From assembly GCA_951406725.2 (NCBI GenBank), contig OX597830.1:31620001-31684000 (forward strand): a stretch of DNA of 64,000 nt, given 5' to 3'. Both the position numbers and the translations under genes were made by a program. Below are positions 28,551 to 43,136 of the stretch, piece after piece. Source of the DNA: Octopus vulgaris. Its lineage: Eukaryota. The notes under the pieces were generated by a model that did no database searches, was not told the origin of the DNA, and saw only the letters and a program-made list of their open reading frames with translations. Position 1 is the first letter of the stretch. Each line of letters begins with the position of its first letter.

Positions 28551-28709
28551 TGTGCAGGCATGGGTGTGTGGTAAGAAGCTTGCTTCCCAACCACATGGTT
28601 CTGGGTTCAGTTTCACTGCGTGGCACCTTGGGCAAGTGTCTTCTACTATAGCCCTGGGCCAACCAAAGCTTTGTGAATGGATTTGGTAGAAGGAAACTGG
28701 AAGAAGCTC

Positions 28710-28712
<3 letters not shown>
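28551..28712 (+). mobile_element. SINE family A, 5' half
   Basis: Head match ending in long (TA)n. Confidence 0.88.
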
Positions 28713-28753
<41 letters not shown>

Positions 28754-28806
28754 TATATACATATATATATACATATATATACACATATATATATACATAT
28801 ATATAT

Positions 28807-28878
<72 letters not shown>

Positions 28879-28920
28879 ATATGTATGTAAGATCGTAATT
28901 ATGTAAAGTAAAGTAAATAT

Positions 28921-29135
28921 AACAAATAACCCAGAATCCTTGTCCAGTACCAGATCAATCCCAAAATCTAATCAGTTTGTGCCAATCACGAGGCCAAACA
29001 TCCCAGAAAATTTCATCCAAATCCATCCAGCGGTTCTTGAGATATCTTGTCCACGGACAAACAAACAAAGAAAGAAATAAACAAACAAATACCACTGAAA
29101 ACAATACCTCCACCTTCGCTAAGGCTGAGGTAATA
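28921..29135 (+). mobile_element. HINE/DINE-like element with terminal hairpin
   Basis: aaatttcatccaaatccatcc core, (ACAA)n tract, 3' hairpin tacctccacctt-cgct-aaggctgaggta; second copy inverted at 30868-31232. Confidence 0.7.
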
Positions 29136-29597
29136 ATAATCCTTTCTACTATAGGCACAAGGCCTGATATTTCGGAGAGGGGTATAGTCAATTACATCAA
29201 CCCCAGTACTCTACTGGTACTTAGTTTTTTTACCCACCCACCCCCCCCCCAAAAAAAAGACAAATGGCAAAATCACTCATGGTGGAATTTGAACTCAAGT
29301 AGAATTTGAATATTTATTTTTTCTTAAAATAATTAGATTCAGTTGTAAGAGACTTAAATTTTTGCAGGCCTCTAAGTGAAGCTCATCTTTCTTAGCCTTT
29401 AGATTCTTTTCTACTCTAGGCAGAAGTCCTGAAATCTTTGAGGAAGGGGCTACTCGATTAGATCAACCCCAGTATGCAACATTTCGTCCAGTACACTGTT
29501 GTTTCCATTACACCTGTAGCTTTAGTTTCTCAGTTTGATAATGGGGTTTGAAATCAAATTCAGGTTTTGAAAATATTTGCAAGAATGTTTTTAAAGA

Positions 29598-30090
29598 TGT
29601 GCAGGTATGGCTGTTTGGTAAGAAGCTTGCTCCCCAACCACATGGTTCCATGTTCAGTCCCACTGTGTCGCACCTTGGGCACATGTATTTTACTATCGCC
29701 TTAGGCCAACCAATACCTTGTGAGTGGATTTGGTAGATAGAAATGACCGAAAAAACCCATCATATATATATATATATATATACACATGCACACACATATA
29801 TATATATATATATATAAATATACATACAGACAGAAACTGTAAGAATCCCATCGTATATATATATCATTGTCATCATCATCATCATTATTAAACATCTGTT
29901 TTCCATGCTTGACAACTGGTGTTGGTGTGTTTACTTCCCATAACTTAGCAGCTCAGCAAAAGAGACTGATAGAATAAGTACAAGGATTTAAAAACATAAG
30001 TCCTGGAATCGATTTGTTTGACTAAAATCCCCCAAGATGGTGATGCTCCAACATTGTCGCAGTCAAATGACCGAAACAAGTAAAAGAAAA
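29598..30090 (+). mobile_element. SINE family A, full length, with a small retroposon tail in its internal microsatellite
   Basis: Head 29598-29762, tail 29907-30090. Confidence 0.85.
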
Positions 30091-30551
30091 ATGGTAAAAA
30101 AAAAATGTATATTTTTACTAATTTCAAAATGAAGCATGGTCGGTAGTTTGGTAATTCAACAATGATAATTGAAAGTGTGGTTGATGATGATGATAATGAT
30201 GATGATGATGGTAATAGTGGTGGTGGTGGTGGTGGTGGTGGTGGCAGTGGTGGTGATGATGATGATGTTGATGATGACGATGATGGCAACAGTGATGATG
30301 ATAACAACAATAAAGATGCCAATACCGCTGATAATGCCAGTGACAGTGTGGATGAGAAGAGGAGGAGGAGGAGGAGGAGGAGGATGGGAAAGATGAAGAA
30401 GAGGAAGAGGAGACTTTCTGAAACAGAATGTGTTTGGTGATATTGAACGGAAGTTCACGAATTGTACATTTTATCAATCAACAAAACAAAAATAACAAAT
30501 AAATAAAAATAAATATAAAAACCAATGTCAATTACCCTAGAACTCTAGAAA

Positions 30552-30599
<48 letters not shown>

Positions 30600-30667
30600 C
30601 ATTATTATTATTATTATCATTATTATTATTATTATTATCATTATTATTATTATTATTATTATTAAGA

Positions 30668-30868
30668 TGGTGAGCTGGCAGAATCATTAGTGTGCTTGAT
30701 GATATTTCGCCCATTGCTACATTTTGAATTCAAATTCCACCAAGGTTGACTTCACCTTTCATCCTTTTGGGGCCGATAAAATAAGTGCCAGTTGAGTACT
30801 GGAGTCGATGTAATCGACTATACACCTCCCTTACATTTCAGGCCTTGTGCCTATAGTAGAAAGTATTA
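30668..30868 (+). mobile_element. SINE family B variant (tail caggccttgtgcctatagtagaaag + ATT repeats)
   Basis: ggtgagctggcagaatcattag head, central cacctttcatccttttggggccgataaaataag. Confidence 0.82.
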
Positions 30869-31232
30869 TTACCTCTGCCTTAGGGAAGGCAGAGGTATTG
30901 TTTTCAGTCATGCTTGTTTGTTTGTTTGTCTGTGGACAAGATATCTCAAGAACTGCCCAATGGATTCGGATGAAACTTTGAGGCATGTTTGGCATGTTTG
31001 GCCTCATGACTGGCTCAAACTGATTAGATCTGGGGATCAATCTGGGGCTGGACAAGGATTCTGGATTATTTTACTTGTTTTTTTTTACTTAATTTTTTTG
31101 AGCGATGGGGTTCATTTTTAGTATTCTTGTTTGTGAGAGCAGTTGAGTTTATTTCAGATATTCTCATTTTAAAAATCATCTCTGGCTAATCGTTGAGAGG
31201 ACATTGGTGTTGCCTTGGTGGAGTGCTTTTGT
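30868..31232 (-). mobile_element. HINE/DINE-like element, longer copy
   Basis: Reverse complement of 28921-29135 with near-perfect hairpin tacctctgcctt-aggg-aaggcagaggta. Confidence 0.7.
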
Positions 31233-32160
31233 TATTATTATTATTAATCACTAGAAAATGCTTCACTCATTATTCTACCAGTTCAGCTATTCTGTACCTT
31301 AATGCAAATAATATTAAATATAATAATAATAATAATGGTTTAAAATTTTCGGATGAGTTCAGCAGTTTGAGGGGAGGGGTATTAATCAATGATGTTGACT
31401 CTAGTATTGACTCCCTCCTCCTCAACACTTGACTGGTACTTCAAATTATCAAACCCAGAAGAACGTATGACTAAGATGACTGAAGCAGGAATTGAACTGG
31501 GGATGTAAAGAACTGAAACAAATACCAAAATGCCTTAATGATTCAACCACTTGAAATTTAGGCCCTAAGTGAAGATTGAACTTACAACCTTTGGATTCCT
31601 CTGTTTACTTTATTTGAACACAAGACTGGCTTGTTGCCTGCTGCATTACCTTAATGATAGTGATGATGGTAATGATGATGATGATGATGATGATGACGAC
31701 GAAGGCATTGGTGGAAATGATATGTTGGTGATGATGGAGACAATGATGATAATGATGGTGATGATGATAAAGATAATAATGATGATGATGACGACAACGA
31801 CGACGACAACAACGATGATGATAACGATAATAATGAAGATTCCCATGATGATGATGATGATGATGATGACGATGACAATGACGACAACGGCGATGGTCAT
31901 GACATTGATGACTCCTGCAAAGATGATGGTGACGAAGACGAAGAGATCAGTGCCGATGATGCTGATGAGGCAGAGCAGGAGGAGGAGAAGGAAGAGGAGG
32001 AGGAGGAGGAAGTTGATGATGATGATGATGATGTAAATAATAATAACAGTCATAATAATAATAATAGAAATTACAACACCGACTATCCAAAAAATAATAA
32101 CAGTTTCTGTTATTTTAACAAATGTGCTATGGATGGAGGCAAAATTACAAGATCAGTGTC

Positions 32161-32194
<34 letters not shown>

Positions 32195-32280
32195 TAATAA
32201 TAATAATAACAATAATAATAATAATCGTAGCATTTTTTTATCATTATTATTGTTATTATTATTATTGTTATTATTATTGC

Positions 32281-32348
<68 letters not shown>

Positions 32349-32913
32349 ATTATTATTATTATTATTACTATTATTACTATTATTTGTGCAACCAGGGAAA
32401 CAAAACAGAAATAAGGAAGAATGGAATAAATACAAATAAGGAGAAATGGAGAAAGAGAAGTAAAATAAGTAAAAACAAAAAAAGAAATAATAATAAAATA
32501 AATATAGAAACAATAAGGAAAATGGTATGTTTTGGGAGAAGCAGTGAAGAATATTCCTAGCAGAGTGTAGAAAAACAGGAATACATTGAAAAAGACAACA
32601 TGACAGAACAGAAGAGAAGAGGATCTATTTTGTGTACACATGCACAGACACAAGCGCATACACAAACAGAAACACACACATACATATATATATATATATG
32701 TATTTATGCATGTGGCAGATGGTTTAAGCTGCACAACTGCAGCATGTGCAGAGCTATACAAATTCTAATTTATACATGTGTGTGTGTGTGTGTATATGTG
32801 TATGTGTGCATGTATGTGTGTGTGTGTGTGCATGCATGTGTTTGTGTGTGCGTTGTGTTTTAATTTGTGTGTGTACATATATATATGTTTGTATGTGTAT
32901 GAATTAATGTATG

Positions 32914-32944
<31 letters not shown>

Positions 32945-32956
32945 TTATGTATATAT

Positions 32957-33057
<101 letters not shown>

Positions 33058-33195
33058 GCATACATATATATATATAAATAGATATAAACATATATTCTTT
33101 TATTCTGTTGTTCTTTTAATTGTTTCAGCTATGCAGCTGTGGTCATGCTGGAGTACCACCATGTACTGGAGCACTACCATTGACCACCACCATAC

Positions 33196-33306
<111 letters not shown>

Positions 33307-33635
33307 CACACATCTGTACATATATATACATATAAATCTACAATCCACATATATGTATCGATACACACTCACACATATACATACTAGCTTGCATATTTAC
33401 ATACACATATTGCATACATACACATACGCATATGTACAGATACATGTGTGGATGTATCGTAATGTTGAGATTACTCTTGTTCCTACTCCTAGTTTTGTGA
33501 GAATCCACTGTGATCAGGCAATTGGCTATCATCATTGTCATTATCATCATCATCACCATTATCATCATCACCGTCATCATCATCATCATCGTCACTGTCA
33601 TCATCATCTTCGTCATCATTATTATCATCATCAGG

Positions 33636-33994
33636 TGCCTGGTCAATGAGTTGCCTGGATAGTGAGTTGCCTGGACAGTGACTTGCCTGGTCAGCAACTT
33701 GCCTAGACAGTAAGTTGTGTGGACAGTAAGTTGCCTGTCAGTGAGTTGCCTGGTCGATGAGTTGCCTGGACAGTAAATTCCTTTTACAGTGAGTTGTCTG
33801 GACAGTGAGTTGCCTGGACAGTAAGTTGTCTGGTCAGTGACTTGCCTAGACAGTAAGTTGCTTGGACAGTAAGTTACCTGGACATTGTGTTGCCTGGTTA
33901 ATGAGTTGCCTAGGCAGTAAATTGCTTGGACAGTGAGTTGCCTGAACAGTGAATGCCTGGACAGTGAGTTGCCTGGACAGTGAGTTGCCTAGAC
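33636..33994 (+). repeat. 16-bp minisatellite (gagttgcctggacagt), about 22 units, with a 9-unit higher-order period
   Basis: Units read directly; variant units recur 143-144 bp apart (e.g. aaatt at about 33775 and 33919). Confidence 0.95.
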
Positions 33995-34181
33995 TTGTAA
34001 AACTCAGAATACTAGCAGAAACTAGTATTTCAGGAATTAAACATATTCTTCAATCTGTGTTGAGTAAATTTACCATGTCTTGGTCAATTGGAAAATCTTT
34101 TTGAGTTTGTATGTGCATGTATGTATGCATGCACATGAGTATTTATGTAAATACCATTAGTGAATACACAGAATATATCTA

Positions 34182-34590
34182 AGTGCAGGCATGGCTGTGT
34201 GGTAAGAGCTTGCTTCTCAACCACATGGTTCCAGGTTCAATCTCACAACATAGCAACTTGTGCATGTGTCTTCTACTGTAGCCTCCTGTCGACCAAAGAC
34301 TTATGCGAAGATTTGATAGACAGAAACTGTGTGCATATATGTATATATATATACACAACTAAATATATGTATATATATACATACACAGTGGCCTAAACAC
34401 TTTCTATTCTGTATATACAGCTACCACTTGACAACCAGTGTGTTTACATCCATGTGACATAGCGGTTTGACAAAAGAGACAGATAGAATAAGTACTAGGC
34501 TTAAAAAACAAGTACTGGGATCGATTCATTCAACTAAAAGTTCTCCAAGGCAAACCCAAGCATGGCTGCAGTCTAATGACTAAAACAATT
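34182..34590 (+). mobile_element. SINE family A, full length, diverged
   Basis: Head and tail motifs. Confidence 0.85.
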
Positions 34591-34948
34591 AATAGATTTA
34601 AAAAAAAAAAGATGCACCAAAAATACCATTATATGAAAAAGGCTGCGAAACAGCTGTAACCCTAAGGACAACAATAAATTGAATTAAAAAATTCCCCTCT
34701 TATACCTTCTGACGTTTTATGGTTTACATATAAATGTATATGTGCATATGTATGTGTTTGTGTTATACATTCAGCAAATCACATAATCTAAAATAACTGT
34801 ATATATATTCCATAGAAGTGTAAATCAAATTATACACATTTATATACACACACTCCATATATATATGTTTAAGTGAATATTTTATATTTGTGGTGTGTAT
34901 CTGCTTATTTAGATGTATATATGTACATATGTATATGTATGTGTGCAT

Positions 34949-34995
<47 letters not shown>

Positions 34996-35028
34996 TATAC
35001 ACATACATATACATATACATACATATAC

Positions 35029-35454
35029 ATACATCTGGAAAATCCTGGAGGGAAAATCCCAAACTTTGGCATTTAAAGTTATCCCAACCGCAGAACGGGG
35101 CGCCACTGCATGGTGCCAAAGATTCCAACATCACCATCAAAATACAGGTCCAGATACTGCAACAGCTTGAGTTTCAGAGGACCACAGCTCTTTAACATCC
35201 TCCCTAAATGCCTGAGAGACTTACATGGTGTGGATGTGGGTTTCTTTAAAACTAAACTGGATCTCTTCTTGTCGGGAGTCCCAGATGAACCTACCTCACG
35301 ACAGGAGATGCAGATGTGGGCAGCAGCATCGAACTCCCTTGTTGATCAAGTGCCATGTATCAGAGGTGGATTCACATATTAGTGTAGCTCATTCAGCGGT
35401 GGTGCCCCAGCATGACCGTGGCGTTTGGGCTAAAATATTTTTAAGAATTTAAGG

Positions 35455-35458
<4 letters not shown>
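35029..35458 (+). mobile_element. 3' end of a CR1/L2-group LINE (ORF2 C-terminus with frameshift and stop, plus 3' UTR)
   Basis: YIWKILEG/..PNFGI*SYPNRRTGRHCMVPKIP...NSLSFRGPQLFNILPKCLRDL...FFKTKLDLFLSGVPDEP; the LFN.LP / FK.KLD.FL motif is typical of CR1-group ORF2 ends. Confidence 0.88.
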
Positions 35459-35495
<37 letters not shown>

Positions 35496-35819
35496 AGTAA
35501 TATGTATATATCTATATATCATATCTGTGTGTTCATGTGTGTATTTACAGATAAATACATAGATAGAGTCTACATATATGTAACATATATATATATGTGT
35601 GTGTGTAGTGGCAGTGACATTCTAAGTGACATTATTGGATATGGATTAAGATTAACATATAGGCTGCATAAACATTTTCAGTTTGCAGAAACATATATGT
35701 GTGAAAGTATGCATGTATGCCTGTATGTATATATAAATGTATGTGTGTATGTACGCACAAATACATGATATATGTATGCATACATGTATATATATTTGTG
35801 CGCATAATATATAGACACA

Positions 35820-35862
<43 letters not shown>

Positions 35863-35889
35863 ACACGCACACACATATATATACATATA

Positions 35890-36309
35890 TAGGTGCAGGT
35901 GCAGGTGTGGCTGTGTAGTAAGAAGCTTGCTTCCCAACCACATGGTACCGGGTTCAGTCCCACTGTGTGGCACCTTGAGTAAGTATCTTCTACTATGGCC
36001 TTGTACCAACCAAAAGTATCTTCTACTATGGCCTTGTACCAACCAAAACCTTATGAGTGGATTTGGTGGATGGAAACTGAAAGAAGCCTGCTGTTTATAT
36101 ATATGTATGTATGCATTTGTGTCTGTCTTTGCTTGAGAACTGATGTTGGTGTGCTTATGTCCTCATAACTTATCGTTCAGCAAATGAGACCGATATAATA
36201 AGAGTACTGGGCTTAGAAAGAATCACTCCTGGGGTCGATTTGTTCGACTAAAGGTGGTGCCCCAGCATGGCTGCAGTCAAGTGACAGAAAGAAGTAAAAG
36301 ATTAAAAGA
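35890..36309 (+). mobile_element. SINE family A, full length, with internal 33-bp tandem duplication (35981-36013 / 36014-36046)
   Basis: aagtatcttctactatggccttgtaccaaccaa present twice in tandem. Confidence 0.92.
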
Positions 36310-36410
36310 TATGTGTGAATGTATGCATGTATGTATGTATGTATTTATGCATATATGTATGTGTGTTTGTATGTACATATGTATGGAATACATACATGCA
36401 TATGTATTTC

Positions 36411-36526
<116 letters not shown>

Positions 36527-36575
36527 TATATATATACATACACACACACACACATAAATATATACATATATATAT

Positions 36576-36617
<42 letters not shown>

Positions 36618-37016
36618 GTATGCGTATATATACATATGTATACACTCACACACACATAGATATATAGACACAGATGCCCCAAAAGTAAATAGATGCCTCA
36701 CATTAAGCTGTTTTATCCTTTTGTGCACAACCTGGTGCATGAATTGAAACTTGTAAATGTATTATGTGCAAAACATGCCTACTACTAAATGGTAGCTTAA
36801 GTATTTAGATGCAACGAATGTCATTATTTTCGTTACTAGAAATAAATTTTTATGAAAATGATCTTATCTCTCTATCCATTTGGAATTGTCTATGTATATT
36901 AAGGGGGAAAAAAAAAAGCTGTGTTAGTTGCACAGTAATGGAATGAGAAGCTAGTGCAGTAGGCAGAAAAACCAAATTGCTGTTTTCGGAATCGACAGAG
37001 ATGTCTATCATGCATG

Positions 37017-37055
<39 letters not shown>

Positions 37056-37258
37056 TGAAGGGGTACTGAAAGGTTTCTGGCTTTGGGGAAAAGAAAATAC
37101 GGGAGAGTTAATGAATTATACTTTTCTTCAGCATATTCCGCTCTCGGGTTCCCACACTTCAGTTTTTCGGAGCCCTATAAAAGAACTCAGAAGCATGGGC
37201 TGCCAACAAGGCCTTTCACAATACCCTTAAAGCTTGGAACTTTTCAGTGCCTCCCTCA
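37056..37258. mobile_element. Mariner-type MITE; second copy in opposite orientation at 53421-53598
   Basis: TIRs tgaaggggtactgaaagg...ctgg / cttggaacttttcagtgcctccctca|TA; internal sequence shared with 53421-53598. Confidence 0.8.
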
Positions 37259-37343
37259 TATATATGCAGCCCCTCACCTTACCAGCAATGGTCAAACCAT
37301 CGAACCCATGCCAGCATAGACAACAGACGTTAAATGATGATAA

Positions 37344-37427
<84 letters not shown>

Positions 37428-37494
37428 TGAAAGCAATCCTTCTTTAGTAATTACTTCGCACTTAATACATTACAGCAACATATACACACAATAC

Positions 37495-37578
<84 letters not shown>

Positions 37579-37725
37579 ATGTATATATATGTATATGTGT
37601 GTGTGTGTTATACATAGACATATATATGTGTGTATGTATGTGTGTGCATTTAAATGTGTTCTATAAAAAAATATAAGTATATATAGATAAGTATCTACGT
37701 GTGTGTGTATACATGTCTTCTATTA

Positions 37726-37771
<46 letters not shown>

Positions 37772-38012
37772 TTTGAATATATTATATATAAACACACATA
37801 TAAAAATATACATGGTTATGTGTTTGTGTGTGTGTGTGTGTGCCTTTAAACGTATTATATTAAGAAATATAAATATATACACAGGTATGTATATGTGTGT
37901 ATATGTGCATGCATGCCTTCTGTTATGTGTGTGTATATATATATATATGCATTTGAAAGTACTATAAATATATAAATATTTATGCATTTGTGTATATATA
38001 TGTGTGTGCGCA

Positions 38013-38043
<31 letters not shown>

Positions 38044-38131
38044 AAAGCCATGTATGTATATGTATGTGGACAGAGGGAAATGCATGCAAATAGTGAGAGA
38101 CAGGTAGAATTTTATATGCAAAGCTACAGTG

Positions 38132-38170
<39 letters not shown>

Positions 38171-38184
38171 AAGAGAAGGAGATT

Positions 38185-38220
<36 letters not shown>

Positions 38221-38352
38221 GCTGCCTCATGGAACAGACAAAATACTTTCCGATGTAAGCAAAAGAATTTCCTCTATGTGGACTAAGAATATATCTGATC
38301 TGGGCTCCATGACAACAAGCCGTTCACTGCCCATCATGTACAGATGACTTAC

Positions 38353-38459
38353 AACACAACGTGACATGCTGGTTTGCAAGCAAAACTGATGCTGTGGCCA
38401 TCTTTGCTGTTGTTTTTATTCTTATTCCAGTGGTCGCCATCACCACACTCGGGATGTAT
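38353..38459 (-). other. Candidate exon, 107 nt
   Basis: Acceptor aattctctcttcag|, donor gtt|gtaagt; two frames open (IHPECGDGDHWNKNKNNSKDGHSISFACKPACHVV or YIPSVVMATTGIRIKTTAKMATASVLLANQHVTLC). Confidence 0.35.
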
Positions 38460-38844
38460 CTGAAGAGAGAATTGGCACTTTACAAGAAAGATAGTATGTT
38501 GTGTTTGTGTCTGTGATGCTGATGCTGTAAGAAGCGATGGCAGTGGTGGTGGTGGTGGTGGTGGTGGTGGTTGTGTTGAGAAGGGTTATGTCTGTTTGCG
38601 TAAGTATGTGTGAATGTATGTGTGAGCATGTGTGCATACATGTATGTTTAATTGGATATGTTATAATTATACATACATACATACATATATATCTTTTTTC
38701 TTTATATATTTATAAATGTACATATATATGTGTGTGTGTATACATATATATATATACACACACACATTTACTAATGGTAATATATATATATTTATAAATA
38801 TGTAAAAAATGTATAAACAAATATATATATATATACATATACAA

Positions 38845-38933
<89 letters not shown>

Positions 38934-38997
38934 TATATATATATGTGTGTGTATGTATTTCTGGTTATCTGTGCATATATGAATACATATACACTGA

Positions 38998-39036
<39 letters not shown>

Positions 39037-39164
39037 ATATATATATATATGTACACATAGATGCATATATATATGGGTGTGTATATATATATGTATGCAT
39101 ATGTAGATAAGTCTGTGAGTATGTGTGTGTGTGTGTGTGCGTGCATACTTTATTTGTATATGAT

Positions 39165-39330
39165 TGTGCTTGTTTGAATCATTGGCCATGCTGGAGCATT
39201 ACTTCGTATAGAGTTTAGCCAGTTTAATCAACCCCGGTACATATTGTAAGTCTGGTACTTGTTATTTTAGCTTGTTTTTGCTGAACCACTAAGTCACAAG
39301 GCTAGATACAAACCAAGACAGACAAATACA
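39165..39330 (-). mobile_element. SINE family A, degenerate 3' half
   Basis: ggccatgctggagca...tggtactt...ttttgctgaaccactaagt. Confidence 0.7.
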
Positions 39331-39367
39331 AACATGTACACACACACACAGACTCATACATACACAT

Positions 39368-39435
<68 letters not shown>

Positions 39436-39568
39436 TACAGCTTCCATACAGTTTCCTTGTACTCAAATCACTTCTATGCATGTGCATATTTTTATATACA
39501 TCCATCGACCCATCAATCCATCAGCCTGTCTGTTTGTCTGTCTATCTATCTATCTATCTATCTATCTA

Positions 39569-39599
<31 letters not shown>

Positions 39600-39677
39600 A
39601 GGTAGATAGCTTGCTAGCTATCTATAGCTATCTATCCATCTATCTCTCCAATCATCCACCCATCCAGTTGCCTATCT

Positions 39678-39726
<49 letters not shown>

Positions 39727-40219
39727 GTGTGTGTGTGTGTATGTACATATATAAGTATATATACATGTATATATCTATCTATCTATCTATATATATATAT
39801 GTATGTATATATAAATGCATATATACATGTATTTATATAGATATATAAATATAGACATCGACACAGACACACACACACATATCATATATTTGTGTGTATC
39901 AGTGTGTATCATATGTGCATGTGTATGCATATGAGCATATACCCATATGTATGTGTAAGTGGGGTTATGCATGTGTGTGTGTGTGTCTTTGTTTGTGCGC
40001 ATCATCATCATCCTCATCATCATCATCATCATTTGTGCTATGTTTGTCTCTGTGTATTTGTCCACATTGCTAGTGTTGTTGTTGTTGTTACTGTTGCTGC
40101 TGCTGCTGCTCTTTCTGCTACAGAGAAGTTGCATGTGTGCACATGTGGCCATGATGCATTCGTCTTTTTGCATGCATACATAAGTGTCCATACATGTGCT
40201 TGCATATATATATATATTT

Positions 40220-40386
<167 letters not shown>

Positions 40387-40454
40387 TACATGCATATGTA
40401 TATACGCATGTGTTATAACCATACAATTGTATGTATGTATGCATGTATGGAGCC

Positions 40455-40530
<76 letters not shown>

Positions 40531-40853
40531 GTCTATCTATCTATGTATCTATCTATCTATCTATCTATCTATCTGTCTGTCTATCTATCATCTATCTATC
40601 TGTCTGTCTATCTATCTATGTATCTATCACTGTGCGTGATTGTGTGTATGCATTCATATATGTAAGTATCTACATTATATATATGTGTTTGTATATATCT
40701 ATATATACGTGTGTGATTTAAAACTGTTCCTTGAGATTCTGTCTGCTTCCAGCTACCACTATCTTCATCTTCTTGTGATTGTTGCAGCAGTTACCCACAC
40801 TGATGCAGTTATTGTTGTTGTTGTTGATTATACAGTTGTCCGTGTTCATGGGG

Positions 40854-40885
<32 letters not shown>

Positions 40886-41458
40886 ATTGTTGCTGCTGCT
40901 GCTGAATGTACTTATCAAGAAGACTTCATTTACCATGGAAGACAATTTGCTTAAATTTTTCTTCTAATTATTTGTTTTTATTGTTTTTATTTATATCTAT
41001 ACATATATATATATTTATTTTCTTTTTCTGTTGCTCTTATTTACTAATATACTGCATTAAAAAAGATAATATATATATGTGTGTGTGCGTGTATATGTAT
41101 GTATGTATGTATGTATGTATATATGTATATGTGTATGTGTATATGTGTCTGTATTGGTGTATGTGCATGTCATTTCAAAGCATATGTGTGTATATGTATA
41201 TATATTCACACACACACACAAGCATATCTATGTAAATATATCGATACATACACACACACACACACATATATATATATAAAATACGCATGAATATATATGC
41301 ATATCTGTATATATATGTGTGTGTGTGTATATATATGTATATATATATATATATATGTATATATATAATTCACACGAATATATATGCATATATGTATATA
41401 TACATGTGTATATATACATCATCATCATCATCATCATCACATTTATAAATATATATAT

Positions 41459-41499
<41 letters not shown>

Positions 41500-41511
41500 T
41501 ATCTATATCTA

Positions 41512-41550
<39 letters not shown>

Positions 41551-41734
41551 ATATATATATATATATATATACATATATATTTACACACACACACACACTC
41601 ATACACACACATATTTATACATATATGTATTTACTTAATCAGATGTATGTAAATATGTATAAACCCATAAAACCTTTCTCCTAGCATTTTCTCTTTGCAC
41701 CCCCACCTCACTCTCTCTCTCTCAATCACTGAAA

Positions 41735-41769
<35 letters not shown>

Positions 41770-42174
41770 TACCTCTCTTTCTCTCTCCCTATACAAACAC
41801 ACTGTAGGAACTTCTTAGTGTTCTTAATATTATGTCGATGCTATTTCCACATTCTCTGACCACTGCCTGCACCTTTAGAATTACAGAATTCACTAAACGT
41901 ATTTAGCTATATAAGCATAATAATTATATAAGACTACATTTATACTAACATTCTAGCATATATATATATATCCATATATATATATACATATATACATATA
42001 TGCACGCATATCTATGTATGTATGTATGTATATATACGTATATGTATGTGTGTGTATGCATGTGAGTAGGAATGTATTCACATACTCAAAGATTTTATAT
42101 ATTATTTTCATATGCATCTTATTATGTGTTGCTGTATCTTGCACGTATGAGTATAGATATGTATATATATCAGT

Positions 42175-42700
42175 AGAGCCCTCTGAGTAGATTTGGTTGA
42201 GGGGAATGTGAAAGAAGACCATCGTATATATATATATATATGTGTGTGTCTGTGTGTGTGCGTGTGTGTGTATAAATATATATATATGTGTATGTATACA
42301 TGTATGTATGTTTGTATGCATGTATGTATGTATGTATGTATATATATATGTATGCATGTTTGTATGTATGTATGTATGTATGTATATTTGTATGTATGTA
42401 TGTATGTATGTATGTAAGTATGTATGTATGTATGTATGTATGTATGTATTTGCGTGTGTATATCTCTATATGCACGTCTTCGCATTTTCATTTGTCCCCC
42501 AGCACTGTTTGGGCAACCAGCGTTGATATATTTCCACTCCCATAACTTAGCAGTGCATAAAAAGAGATCGACAGAAGGAGTACCAGGCTTTAAAAAAAAA
42601 AAATGTCCTTGGGTCAAATCTGTTCAGTTGAACCCCCTCCCCAACAAGGCAGTGCCCCAGCATGGTCAGAGACCGGTGAGTGAAGCAAGTGGAAAAATAA
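42175..42700 (+). mobile_element. SINE family A, 5'-truncated, internal microsatellite expanded to about 260 bp
   Basis: Head end gagtagatttggt...aaagaagaccatcgtata and tail 42490-42700. Confidence 0.7.
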
Positions 42701-42821
42701 AAACTTACCATGAAATACACATATGTGTGTGTGTATGTGTATGTGTGTGTGTATGTATATACATCCATACTTTACATATATGCATAAATATATATATATA
42801 TAAATATAAATACATACATAT

Positions 42822-42877
<56 letters not shown>

Positions 42878-43136
42878 GTTTATATAAATATATAAACACA
42901 CACACACATATATATATGTGGGTGTATATATGTACACATGATATGCCTAGGCTTTTTACAAGTGATACCAGTGCTAGAGAGAAATTTATGAATATATAAA
43001 TATATTGCTGTTTTTATAGTCGGGTGTGCAGTCAATCCAAGAGAATAGAGCTACTGCACGGATAGATGTAGCTGATTGAAGCAAAACGTGGAATGAGCAC
43101 AAGAAAGCTATGGCCATCCCTTTTTCTTTGTTGCAG

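Noticed and set aside
33636-33994. CRISPR-like array
   Set aside because: Units are contiguous with no unique spacers; eukaryotic context; no cas genes.
40718-40945. Poly-Q or poly-N coding exon on the minus strand
   Set aside because: The Q frame has TAA stops; no convincing splice pair.
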